64,000 nt of DNA from Candidatus Latescibacterota bacterium (GTDB taxonomy: Bacteria > Latescibacterota > UBA2968 > UBA8231): contig CBDETY010000003.1 in the NCBI GenBank assembly GCA_965243025.1, positions 3,904,001 through 3,968,000 of the forward strand. The letters are read 5' to 3'. This document shows, one piece after another, positions 39,129-47,828 of the stretch. How positions within the stretch are numbered: position 1 is the first letter of the stretch; the number at the start of each line of letters is the position of its first letter. The translations under genes were made by a program, and so were the position numbers. Under the pieces are notes generated by a model that was not told where the DNA came from, did not search any database, and saw only the letters and a program-made list of their open reading frames with translations.

Positions 39129-41420
39129 ATGTCGAGACTTCCCCCACCGGCGATCCGGGCGGCAGCGCTGCGGCCGCTGGTCCTGGCGGCCCTGATCCTG
39201 CCGGCCGCCGCGGATGCCCAGCACTCCGTCGCCCGCCTGTGGAACGAGGCGGCTCTGCACGCGGTCCGCAACGACTTCCCGAGACCGGCGGTGCATGCGC
39301 GCAACCTCTTTCACCTCTCCGTCGCCATGTACGACGCCTGGGCGGCGTACGGCACCTCTCCAACCTGGCTGCTGGGAAACGAGGTCGACGGTTTCCGCTG
39401 CGATTTCGAAGGGGTCGAGCCCCCAGCCGACCTGCGGGCGGCGCGCGAGGAGGCGATCAGCTTCGCCGCCTACCGCCTGCTCAGGCACCGCTACAGGAAT
39501 TCCCCCCGCGCCGACGTCGCCCTGCCGCGGTTCAACACCGTCTTCGCCAGCTACGGGCACGACCCGTCGTTCACCTCGACCGACTACGCCGAGGGCCCAC
39601 CTGCCGCCCTGGGGAACTACATCGCCCGCTGCGTCATCGACTTCGGCCTGCAGGACGGGGCAAACGAAGAGAACGGGTACGCCAACCGCTTCTACGAGCC
39701 GGTCAATCCTCCCCTGTACGCCGCCCTGCGCGGCAACCGCCAGATACTGGACCCGAACCGCTGGCAGCCGCTGGTGGTCAAGGAGTTCATCGATCAGACC
39801 GACGCGGTGTACAACGGGGAACAGCCGGACTTCGACAGCCCCGAGTGGGGCCGGGTGACCCCCTTCTCTCTCGATGCCCGAGACCTGACCATCAAGGAGA
39901 GGGACGGAAACCAGTACAACGTCTACCACGATCCGGGGCCGCCGGTTCACGCCGACACCGACGGAGAAGCCCCGCTCGAAGAGGTGTACAAGTGGTCGCA
40001 CACCCTGCCGTTGATCTGGTCGTCCCACCTCGATCCGGCCGACGGGGTCGAAGTCGACATTTCCCCGGCCAGCCTCGGCAACTTCGACCTCGACGAGTTC
40101 GGGACGATCGAGGATTTCCCCCGCACCATCGAGGGGCTCGGCGCCTTCTACGACCGCTTCGACGGCCGCGGGCAGGGCCGGGGCCGGGATCTCAACCCGC
40201 ACACCGGGGAGTCGTACCGGCCGGTGAAGGTCCCGAGGGGGGATTTCGCCCGCGTCGCCGCCGAGTTCTGGCCTGACGGCCCGGGGGACGAATCCGTTCC
40301 GGGGTTCTGGTTCGTCATCCTCAACAACGTCGGCGACCACCCGCTGTTCGAGAAGCGGTTCGCCGGGCAGGGGCCGGTCCTCGACGACCTCGAGTGGGAC
40401 GTGAAGGCCTACCTCACCCTCGGCGGAGCCCTGCACGACGCGGCGATCGCCACTTGGTCGATCAAGGGGTGGTACGACTACATCCGGCCGATAGGGGCGA
40501 TCCGGTGGATGGCGGAGAAGGGACAGAGCAGCGACCCCGAGCTGCCGCGCTACTCCCCCGACGGCCTGCCCCTCGTCGACGGTTTCATCGAGACCATAAG
40601 GGAGGGGGACCCGGTAGCCGAGGTCGCCGGCGACCCGGACTTCCACGTCGGCCGGGTCAAGGTGTACACCTGGAAGGGGCCCGACTTCATCGTCGACCCC
40701 GAGACCGATGCCGCGGGGGTGACCTGGATCCTCGCCGTAGCCTGGTGGACCTACCAGGCGGCGAACTTCGTCACCCCGCCCAACGCCGGGTACGTCTCCG
40801 CGCCGGCGGCCTTCTCGCGCGCCGCCGCCGAGACCGTGACCCTGCTGACCGGGGACGAGTTCTTTCCCGGAGGCCTGGGGGAGTTCCGCGCCGAGGCGGA
40901 CGAGTTCCTGCAGCTCGAGAACGGCCCGAGTGTCGACGTGAACCTGCAGTGGGCCACCTACCGCGACGCCGCCGACCAGGCGAGCCTGGCGACCTTCTGG
41001 GCCGGCATCCAGTCGCCGATAGAAGACATCCCGGGCCGGCTGATCGGCCGCAGGGTCGGCATCGACGCCTTCCACCGCGCCGGGGAGCTGTTCTCCGGAT
41101 CGCAGACCGCGGTCGAGGAAAGGGGCCAGGCGGCCTTGCCCGGGGCCCTGGCGCTGGACCAGAACTTCCCAAACCCCTTCAACTCCGGCACGGCGATCCG
41201 TTTCGATCTCGACCGGCCTGGAGAGATCGAGCTGTCCCTGTACGACCTCGGCGGGCGCAAGGTGGCAACCCTGGCCAGGGGGCCGCGCCCCGCGGGCAGG
41301 TACGAAGTCCGCTGGGACGGCCGGGGTCCGGCCGGGTCGCGGCTGGCCAGCGGCGTCTACCTCTACCGCCTGGAGTCCGGGGAGCGCTCGCAGAGCCGCA
41401 AGCTGCTGCTGCTGCGCTGA
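39129..41420 (+). CDS. Vanadium haloperoxidase-like (DUF6851) secreted protein with FlgD/T9SS-like tail; catalytic residues altered
   Basis: SVARLWNE, HARNLFH, KGWYDYIRP present; GYVSAPA and ATFWAGIQ replace SGHS and R..GGIH; NFPNPFN...SGVYLYRL tail. Confidence 0.82.
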   Translation: MSRLPPPAIRAAALRPLVLAALILPAAADAQHSVARLWNEAALHAVRNDFPRPAVHARNLFHLSVAMYDAWAAYGTSPTWLLGNEVDGFRCDFEGVEPPADLRAAREEAISFAAYRLLRHRYRNSPRADVALPRFNTVFASYGHDPSFTSTDYAEGPPAALGNYIARCVIDFGLQDGANEENGYANRFYEPVNPPLYAALRGNRQILDPNRWQPLVVKEFIDQTDAVYNGEQPDFDSPEWGRVTPFSLDARDLTIKERDGNQYNVYHDPGPPVHADTDGEAPLEEVYKWSHTLPLIWSSHLDPADGVEVDISPASLGNFDLDEFGTIEDFPRTIEGLGAFYDRFDGRGQGRGRDLNPHTGESYRPVKVPRGDFARVAAEFWPDGPGDESVPGFWFVILNNVGDHPLFEKRFAGQGPVLDDLEWDVKAYLTLGGALHDAAIATWSIKGWYDYIRPIGAIRWMAEKGQSSDPELPRYSPDGLPLVDGFIETIREGDPVAEVAGDPDFHVGRVKVYTWKGPDFIVDPETDAAGVTWILAVAWWTYQAANFVTPPNAGYVSAPAAFSRAAAETVTLLTGDEFFPGGLGEFRAEADEFLQLENGPSVDVNLQWATYRDAADQASLATFWAGIQSPIEDIPGRLIGRRVGIDAFHRAGELFSGSQTAVEERGQAALPGALALDQNFPNPFNSGTAIRFDLDRPGEIELSLYDLGGRKVATLARGPRPAGRYEVRWDGRGPAGSRLASGVYLYRLESGERSQSRKLLLLR

Positions 41421-41707
41421 GGTGAGATCGACCGCGACCCTTGGGGGCCGCGACGTGAGCCCCGGGGAGGTGCGCCGCATGCAGGCCGGCGGCTGCATCC
41501 TGCACGTGCGCGGCGGCGAGTTGCGGAAAAATCCCGGTCCGGAAGACGCGCGACCCGGACCGTCGGAGGATCACCGCACCGGACGCCGCACCGGGTCGCT
41601 GGATTTAACTTCGACGCTTGGCTTCATTGGTTTCGGGAACAGGCTTGCCCCGGCTCGGGTTGTACTGAGTACACCGCATCCGAAATCCCTGCGGAAAGGA
41701 GAAGCGG

Positions 41708-42142
41708 ATGAATCCTTTGAGATCGTTCACCGTCCCCGATCACTCCCCCTTTGCCAATGCCGCCCTGCTTCTTCTGCGGGTGGTGGCCGGCCTCGCCTTC
41801 GTCTTTCACGGCTGGCCGAAGATCCAGAACCCCTTCGGCTGGATGGGTCCCGACGCCTTCGCCCCCGGCCTGCTCCAGGCCCTGGCCGCCCTCTCCGAGT
41901 TCGGCGGCGGCATCGCCTGGATAATCGGTCTGCTCGTGCCTCTCGCCTCGCTGGGGATCGCCTGCACCATGGCGGTCGCCGTCTGCATGCACGCCTTCAT
42001 GCGCGGGGACCCGTTCGTCTCGGTGGGGGGTTCTTCCTACGAGCTGGCCGCGGTCTACTTCTGCGTCTCCATCCTGCTGCTTGCGGCCGGACCGGGACGG
42101 TTCTCGCTGGACGGGAAGATCTTCGGTCCGCGCCTGCCGTAG
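41708..42142 (+). CDS. DoxX family membrane protein
   Basis: LLLRVVAGLAFVFHGWPKI, EFGGG, GPGRFSLD. Confidence 0.92.
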   Translation: MNPLRSFTVPDHSPFANAALLLLRVVAGLAFVFHGWPKIQNPFGWMGPDAFAPGLLQALAALSEFGGGIAWIIGLLVPLASLGIACTMAVAVCMHAFMRGDPFVSVGGSSYELAAVYFCVSILLLAAGPGRFSLDGKIFGPRLP

Positions 42143-42176
42143 CGGGCAGCGGGTCAGCGAAGACACCACCTTCGAA

Positions 42177-42215
42177 CTACCCGAGAAGGCTTACCTCGTC
42201 ATCACGCCTGCTCAT
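42177..42215 (-). pseudogene. Remnant of HEPN/DUF86 toxin N-terminus
   Basis: MSRRDDEVSLLG* overlaps the MNT stop, in the usual position of the HEPN partner. Confidence 0.5.
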
Positions 42216-42513
42216 ACTGAATCTCCGCCGAATTGAGGATTTCCTTTCGGAGCACCCAATTGCGGCTTCTTTCGACTCCACGGAAGGTGTGCATATCCAC
42301 TCGCTGCCCGAATATCTCAGACAGCTCGTCCTGCATGGTGATGAACGCCAGTCCCGGCGTCTTCCCAGGTGCGAATTCGACCAGCACGTCGATGTCGCTC
42401 TCGGGGGTGAAGTCGTCGCGCAGCACCGAGCCGAACAGGGCCATGCGCTGGATGTGATGGCGCCGGCAAAAGGCGGCGATCTCTTCTTTGGGCATGTCGA
42501 TTCTCGCGCTCAT
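42202..42513 (-). CDS. MNT minimal nucleotidyltransferase antitoxin
   Basis: LFGSVLRDDF...SDIDVLVEF (GSx10DxD). Confidence 0.92.
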   Translation of the reverse strand: MSARIDMPKEEIAAFCRRHHIQRMALFGSVLRDDFTPESDIDVLVEFAPGKTPGLAFITMQDELSEIFGQRVDMHTFRGVERSRNWVLRKEILNSAEIQYEQA

Positions 42514-42556
42514 GTGGACCTGGAAACTACTAGCTCCATAGGTTGACCTTGTTTTT

Positions 42557-43894
42557 TCAGAGTTCCGAGAGCTTTACCATCATGACCCGAATCATTTCGT
42601 TGAAAATCCCCTTGAGATTCTGCAGATCACCCCCCATGGATTTTCTTTTGAAAATGCTAGTTAGATATGTTTCTCCACTTGTCATGATCTCCGCCGAAAA
42701 ATCCCAGACATTCCCATCAGAGTCCGTTTTATTTTCAATTCGCAAGAAAATTTTTTCGCCAAACTTTCCCTGGTAGTTATTCAACTCGAAAGTAACCTGG
42801 GTTGAAATCGCAAGTGCCTTTTCTGGCCAAGATGCATCCTGCTTCTTCAGGGAAAATCTATGGTTCTTACTATCCGGGTCACTAACCGTTGAACTACCCC
42901 CGAAACTCATTCCCTCAAACGCTCTGGAAAACAATTTGACCTTCTCTTCGCAAAATAAGTAGAAGGGATTCAGCACCTGCTCCCAATACGCCCTTGCATC
43001 GATTGTGCCGCTCATGACCTTCTGCAAGAAGAGTGCGATCTCCTTGTCAATATCCTCTACGTCTTCAATACTTTCTCCACGTGCCGCCTTCAGGTGGAGA
43101 TTCAGGGCGTACCTGCAACAGCCCGCGAGAAATGCGATGAATTCCCCGAGATCTTCGCTCCTGTCGGCCTGCTCAAGCATTTCGATGTACCGGCTTTTCT
43201 CGCCCCTGGGTACGATCGCAACGGTGTACCCGTGCCTGATCAGAATCATGTTCATCAGAAGCCTTGCCATGCGACCGTTCCCGTCGTCAAAGGGATGGAT
43301 GCGCACAAAGCGGTAGTGAAATGTCGCCGCAATGACTATGGGATGCTCGCCCTCCTTCTCCCTGGTTCTGTACCAGTCCAACAGGTCGCTCATCGCCGGC
43401 TTCACCTGTTCCGGCGGAGTATAGTGGTATATCTCGCCGGTTGAAGTCAGCACGTTGTTCGGCTGCGTTTTGTATTCTCCGATCGCGACCCACCGCTTCG
43501 CAGGATGTCCTTCGGGGGTCACTGCATCGACTTCGTAAGGCTCCTTCAGTAGTACTTTGTGAAGATTCCGGATGAAGACCTCGCTGAGCCCCTCATCCTT
43601 CCTCACCGCTTCCTCTATCGCCTTTACCGCCTCGTTGTGCCCTTCGATGTCGAGATGATCCCGCATCGGCTTGCCGCGTGCAGTCAGTCCGTGAAGGATC
43701 AGGCTTCTCGTTTCTCCGAGAGTCAGGCTGTTGCCCTCCAAGGCATTGGAATGAAAGTTGGAATCGATCCTGAGCTTTTGCCCGACCCGGTCCACCACAT
43801 CGGATGACAGCGGCCGCAGCTCGTCCAGCTCCCTCTTCAGGCGGTCGATCTCTTCGATGATCGCCGCGCCAGCAGGTCGGTCGTTATCAGTCAT
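42557..43894 (-). CDS. Fic family protein with N-terminal autoinhibitory motif
   Basis: SNALEGN and HPFDDGNGRMAR motifs; AT-rich C-terminal extension. Confidence 0.92.
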   Translation of the reverse strand: MTDNDRPAGAAIIEEIDRLKRELDELRPLSSDVVDRVGQKLRIDSNFHSNALEGNSLTLGETRSLILHGLTARGKPMRDHLDIEGHNEAVKAIEEAVRKDEGLSEVFIRNLHKVLLKEPYEVDAVTPEGHPAKRWVAIGEYKTQPNNVLTSTGEIYHYTPPEQVKPAMSDLLDWYRTREKEGEHPIVIAATFHYRFVRIHPFDDGNGRMARLLMNMILIRHGYTVAIVPRGEKSRYIEMLEQADRSEDLGEFIAFLAGCCRYALNLHLKAARGESIEDVEDIDKEIALFLQKVMSGTIDARAYWEQVLNPFYLFCEEKVKLFSRAFEGMSFGGSSTVSDPDSKNHRFSLKKQDASWPEKALAISTQVTFELNNYQGKFGEKIFLRIENKTDSDGNVWDFSAEIMTSGETYLTSIFKRKSMGGDLQNLKGIFNEMIRVMMVKLSEL

Positions 43895-43943
43895 GGTTCC
43901 CTCGTGCGGCTTGGGCGCATCCCGGGTATGAACCACCCTACGG

Positions 43944-44918
43944 TCACAGCGGCAGCCGGGTTCCGATTCCGAGCTCGACCGCGGCGCGGTACACGCGGAT
44001 GGCGGTCGCCATGTCCTCGAGGGCGATGCCGAGGTTCATGGCGATGATTCGCTCCTCCTCCCGCTCACGGCCCGGCTTGAGGCCGGCGGCGAGCTCCCCC
44101 ATGTCGGCGTAGGCCGCCGGCGTCTGCCCGAAGTACCCTTCCCCCCGGTAGTACTCCATCTGGGCCAGGTCGTCGGTGGCGATCTTGTCCGCCTGTTCCA
44201 GGGCCGCCCCCTGCCAGTAGGAATCGAAGTCGACGGCGCTGGCGAAGCCTCCCGGCTCGAGCCAGTCCGCGGCGATGGCGGGGTCGGGGTTTTTCGACAT
44301 CGGTCCCGCGGTGACGACCAGGTCCGCGCCCCGCATGGCAGCGCGGGGATCCGCGGCCCCCTCGACCTCCAGGCCGAGCTGGTCCCGTATGTCGCGGGCG
44401 TACGCCCCTGTCCGCTCCGGGCGGGGGTCGAAGGCGCGCACCTTCTTAAGGTCGAACAGGGCGGCGAGGGCGTGGATGTTGCTGCGGCCCTGGACGCCGC
44501 AGCCGAGGACCGCCAAGGTCGAGCTGTCCTGGCGCGCCAGGTAGCGGGCGGCGAGGGCGGTCGCGGCGCCGGTGCGCATCGCCGTGATCCAGGTGGCGTC
44601 CATGACGGCGAGGGGAATCCCGGTCAGGGGGTCGTTGAGCACCAGCAGGCCGGTGATGTAAGGCAGGCCGCGCGCCTGGTTTCCCGGGTACCCGGAGACC
44701 CACTTCATGCCGGCCGCCTCGAGGCTGGGGATGTACGCCGGCATGGCGTGGATGAAGGCGTCGGGCCGGGTGTGGATGCCGGGCTTCGGGGGCATCTCCA
44801 CCTCGCCCTGCCCCTTCTCTTTGAACATCTCGTCCAGGGCGGCGATGATGTCGGCCATCGACAGGTCGACGGCCTCGACCTCCTCGCGCGACAGGTACAG
44901 CAGGGTTTGTTCCGTCAT
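43944..44918 (-). CDS. Ornithine cyclodeaminase / mu-crystallin family protein
   Basis: HAMPAY, MKWVSGYPGN, TAMRTGA, GCGVQG, GIALED. Confidence 0.92.
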   Translation of the reverse strand: MTEQTLLYLSREEVEAVDLSMADIIAALDEMFKEKGQGEVEMPPKPGIHTRPDAFIHAMPAYIPSLEAAGMKWVSGYPGNQARGLPYITGLLVLNDPLTGIPLAVMDATWITAMRTGAATALAARYLARQDSSTLAVLGCGVQGRSNIHALAALFDLKKVRAFDPRPERTGAYARDIRDQLGLEVEGAADPRAAMRGADLVVTAGPMSKNPDPAIAADWLEPGGFASAVDFDSYWQGAALEQADKIATDDLAQMEYYRGEGYFGQTPAAYADMGELAAGLKPGREREEERIIAMNLGIALEDMATAIRVYRAAVELGIGTRLPL

Positions 44919-44925
44919 TCTGTTC

Positions 44926-45477
44926 TCACTTCTTCGGCCAGCCGCTGAAGTTGTCCATGTCCGGCTCGATCGACTGGCCGCGCTCGAGGTCGAAGTCGAT
45001 CTCCACCGAGTGCTCCAGGTAGTCCTGGTCCCCCCGGGTCGTCTGGTAGACGTCGCGGCCGCTGACGCAGACCGGCATGGTGTGCCAGACCTTCAGGTGC
45101 AGGCAGACCCCGGTATCGCCGTCGCTGTAGAAGGCGCGCAGCTCCTCGGCGCGGATGTCGTCCTGCACTGGGCCGACCAGGAACACCGACGGGGAGTGGA
45201 GCCTGGGGTAGAAGGACTGCCCGGCGTCGGTGTGGAAGGCGAAGTGGGCCCGCTGCAGGCCCTCGGATATCGGCACCCTGTCCTGGTGCGCCTGGTACCA
45301 CGCGGGGCCGTCCTTCGGCTCGGCTCCCGGCTCGGCGATGACGGGGTACTCGTTCGATCTGTGGCCGCCCTTGGCCACGTCGGGCTTGCGCTCCTCGAAG
45401 GTCCGGATCACGTGTCCGAACGGGGCGAAGGCCTCCGGCTCGAGGCGCTCGACCGGGATTTTCACCACTTCCCACAT
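44926..45477 (-). CDS. Ureidoglycolate lyase-like cupin
   Basis: ERLEPEAFAPFGHVI, LRAF..DG..GV.L..KVWH. Confidence 0.75.
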   Translation of the reverse strand: MWEVVKIPVERLEPEAFAPFGHVIRTFEERKPDVAKGGHRSNEYPVIAEPGAEPKDGPAWYQAHQDRVPISEGLQRAHFAFHTDAGQSFYPRLHSPSVFLVGPVQDDIRAEELRAFYSDGDTGVCLHLKVWHTMPVCVSGRDVYQTTRGDQDYLEHSVEIDFDLERGQSIEPDMDNFSGWPKK

Positions 45478-45511
45478 GTTCTGTTCTCCCTGAATCTGGT
45501 GTCCGTTTCCA

Positions 45512-45775
45512 TCAAATGTCCCCGGTGTTTCTCTCTCCTGTCCCTTCCACCCCCGGGGCAGATTCCTGTTCGCCGGCGACGAGGTCGGAGCGTTCGCAGC
45601 CCAGGCCCGAGCACAGCCGGGCGACCTCCTCCTCCTCGACCTCGTCCTCGCCGTTGACGATGATGGCGGTGAGGCGTTCGTAGCTCATGCCGACGGCGTT
45701 GGCGAGCTGAAACTTGAACAGGAAGTTCCGCCCCATCATGATGCGGTGAAGAGCTTTTACGTCGATTCGCGGCAT
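45512..45775 (-). CDS. Small XRE/Cro-like helix-turn-helix protein
   Basis: QLANAVGMSYERL...VARLCSGLGCERSDLV pattern. Confidence 0.6.
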   Translation of the reverse strand: MPRIDVKALHRIMMGRNFLFKFQLANAVGMSYERLTAIIVNGEDEVEEEEVARLCSGLGCERSDLVAGEQESAPGVEGTGERNTGDI

Positions 45776-46051
45776 GGTATCCGGGGACCGGTGGTGAAAG
45801 GGGACTGCATCGTCCGGCAGTCGCGCCTGGTTGAGATACCCTGCGGGTAAAGGTAGCTTTGCGGGCCCCGAAGTGGAATCGCCCCGCGCCGGAAAAAGCC
45901 AGGCCAATCCCCCAGGCCAACCACAGCGCCGCAGCCGTGGTCCTGGACCTCGCGGGCTCGCCCCCGGGGCAACCTGGCCTTGCAGGAAACCTCGGGCCCG
46001 CGGCGCGGTACGGGTGGTAACCTGAACGCCAAGGGAAGGGACTAAACACGG

Positions 46052-46858
46052 ATGAAAGTCGGAGTGTACGCCTCGATGTTCGGCAAGGACGATCCCCCGA
46101 CGCTGGAGACGGTCGAGAGCTACATCTCCCTCTGCGCCGAGCTGAAGGTCGAATCGATAGACTTTCTCGCGGGGCGCGGATGGGCCTCCCACGAGCCGGA
46201 CTATCTGCTCGAGATCAAGATGAAGTGCCTGCGGGCCGGGCTGTCGATCGGCTACCTCGCCTCGGGGGGCCATTTCGTCGGCAGCGACGAGGAGCTCGAG
46301 GGCAAGGTCGAGGTTACGCGGGAACACGCGCGCATCGCCTCCTTCCTCGGGGCGCCGATGATCCGCGTGTTCTGCGGGGAAGCCCCCGAGGCGGAAGAGG
46401 ACAGGCGGCGGGAGATCCGCTGTTTCCAGCAGTCGTGCGATCACGCCGCCGAGGTCGGGGTCGCCGTCGGCCTGCAGAACCACCCCTGCACCGGGGACGA
46501 CGTGCTGCGCATCCACGAGGGGGTCGGCCGGCCGAACTTCACGGTGATCATGGACACCGGCCAGTGGCTGGGATCGCCGGGCAGGAACAAGGGGGTGGGC
46601 GATCCCGCCCACGACATCTACCGCTACATGGAGCAGGTCGCCCCCCTGACCTCGCACGTGCGCGCCAAGTTCTACAAGATCGACAGCGGCAGGGAGGAGT
46701 GGCTCGACTACGGACGCATCGCCGGGATCCTCGAGGCGGCCGGGTACAACGGCACCGTCGGGGTGGTGTTCGAGGGGCAGGACGTCAACAGCTGCGGCGA
46801 CCGGGAGGTGATCCGTCTTGCCGTGGCCCACCTTCGCGACACGATCGGGCAGCCGTGA
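46052..46858 (+). CDS. Sugar phosphate isomerase/epimerase (TIM barrel)
   Basis: LGAPMIRVF, GLQNH, MDTGQW, HVRAK, GYNG.V..VFEG. Confidence 0.88.
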   Translation: MKVGVYASMFGKDDPPTLETVESYISLCAELKVESIDFLAGRGWASHEPDYLLEIKMKCLRAGLSIGYLASGGHFVGSDEELEGKVEVTREHARIASFLGAPMIRVFCGEAPEAEEDRRREIRCFQQSCDHAAEVGVAVGLQNHPCTGDDVLRIHEGVGRPNFTVIMDTGQWLGSPGRNKGVGDPAHDIYRYMEQVAPLTSHVRAKFYKIDSGREEWLDYGRIAGILEAAGYNGTVGVVFEGQDVNSCGDREVIRLAVAHLRDTIGQP

Positions 46859-47652
46859 TCAGGGAGATTCTCGGGGTGCGGCTGTTCGGCTACGGGGTGC
46901 CGTACCGGGCGAGGGTCCGCGGGAGAGTCGTCGAGCCGCTCGAGACCGGTCCGGAGACCGAGGCGGCGGACCTGGCGCAGGCACTCGCCCGGCTGCGCGG
47001 AGCGCCGGGAACCGGCGAGAGCGACGATGCCTGGGCGGTGTCGATGCCGTTCGGGCGCTGCGGGCTGAACGGGCTGCCGCGCGAGCACATCCAGGTGTTC
47101 GCCGCCCGTGAGGCCTGGCTTGATCTGCTGACCCGGGAAGGGCCGCAGGTGGTTGCCGTGAAGCCGGGACAGCCGGTCGCCATCGAACCGCAAAGGGTCG
47201 TGCGCCTGCGCGCCCGGCCGCAACCGGGGGGGCGGGTGCTGGTGGCGTTCCAGACGCAGGACCGCACCCCCCTGATGGGGAACGCCGCTCCCTTCACCCT
47301 CGACGGCGAGGTTCCCGAGGGCTGGGACGAGCGCCTTCGCAAGGGGCACGAGGCTTTCACGAAGGTGGCCGGGCTCCGGGCCGGGGACCGGCCGGGGTAC
47401 GAGGCGGCCCTGGAGCGGTTCTTCGGCTCGATGGCGGAGAAGCTGGAAGGGGATGCGGAGGTTGCCGCGGTCTGCGAGGAAGCCAGGGGTGCGGGTTCCT
47501 ACGACGCCGCGGACGAGGGGGCTTTCTTCGACTGCCAGGAAGGGATGATCGACGAGCCGCTGCTGGCGCGCATCCGTTCCCGGGATCCGGAGCTGTTCCG
47601 CTTTCCCGGGATGTTCGGCGGCATCGCGACGCTGTTCAACTGCCTGGAGTGA
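46855..47652 (+). CDS. Hypothetical protein, degenerate cupin-like
   Basis: GTG overlaps upstream stop; coding-like codon usage. Confidence 0.65.
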   Translation: MIREILGVRLFGYGVPYRARVRGRVVEPLETGPETEAADLAQALARLRGAPGTGESDDAWAVSMPFGRCGLNGLPREHIQVFAAREAWLDLLTREGPQVVAVKPGQPVAIEPQRVVRLRARPQPGGRVLVAFQTQDRTPLMGNAAPFTLDGEVPEGWDERLRKGHEAFTKVAGLRAGDRPGYEAALERFFGSMAEKLEGDAEVAAVCEEARGAGSYDAADEGAFFDCQEGMIDEPLLARIRSRDPELFRFPGMFGGIATLFNCLE

Positions 47653-47828
47653 GGGTGGCCTGATTCGACAGGCTGCAGCAGGTTCCCGCTTCGGCTTTCC
47701 GGGTTCTGTGTCCCAAGTGGGAACTCAACCGTGCGGTTCGCCCCAGGCGAGTGGCCGGGGCCCCGGGTCCCTTTCTCGTCCACGATTCCGGGCGACCACC
47801 GGCAGGCCGCAGGCTCCCGGCACCTGCC

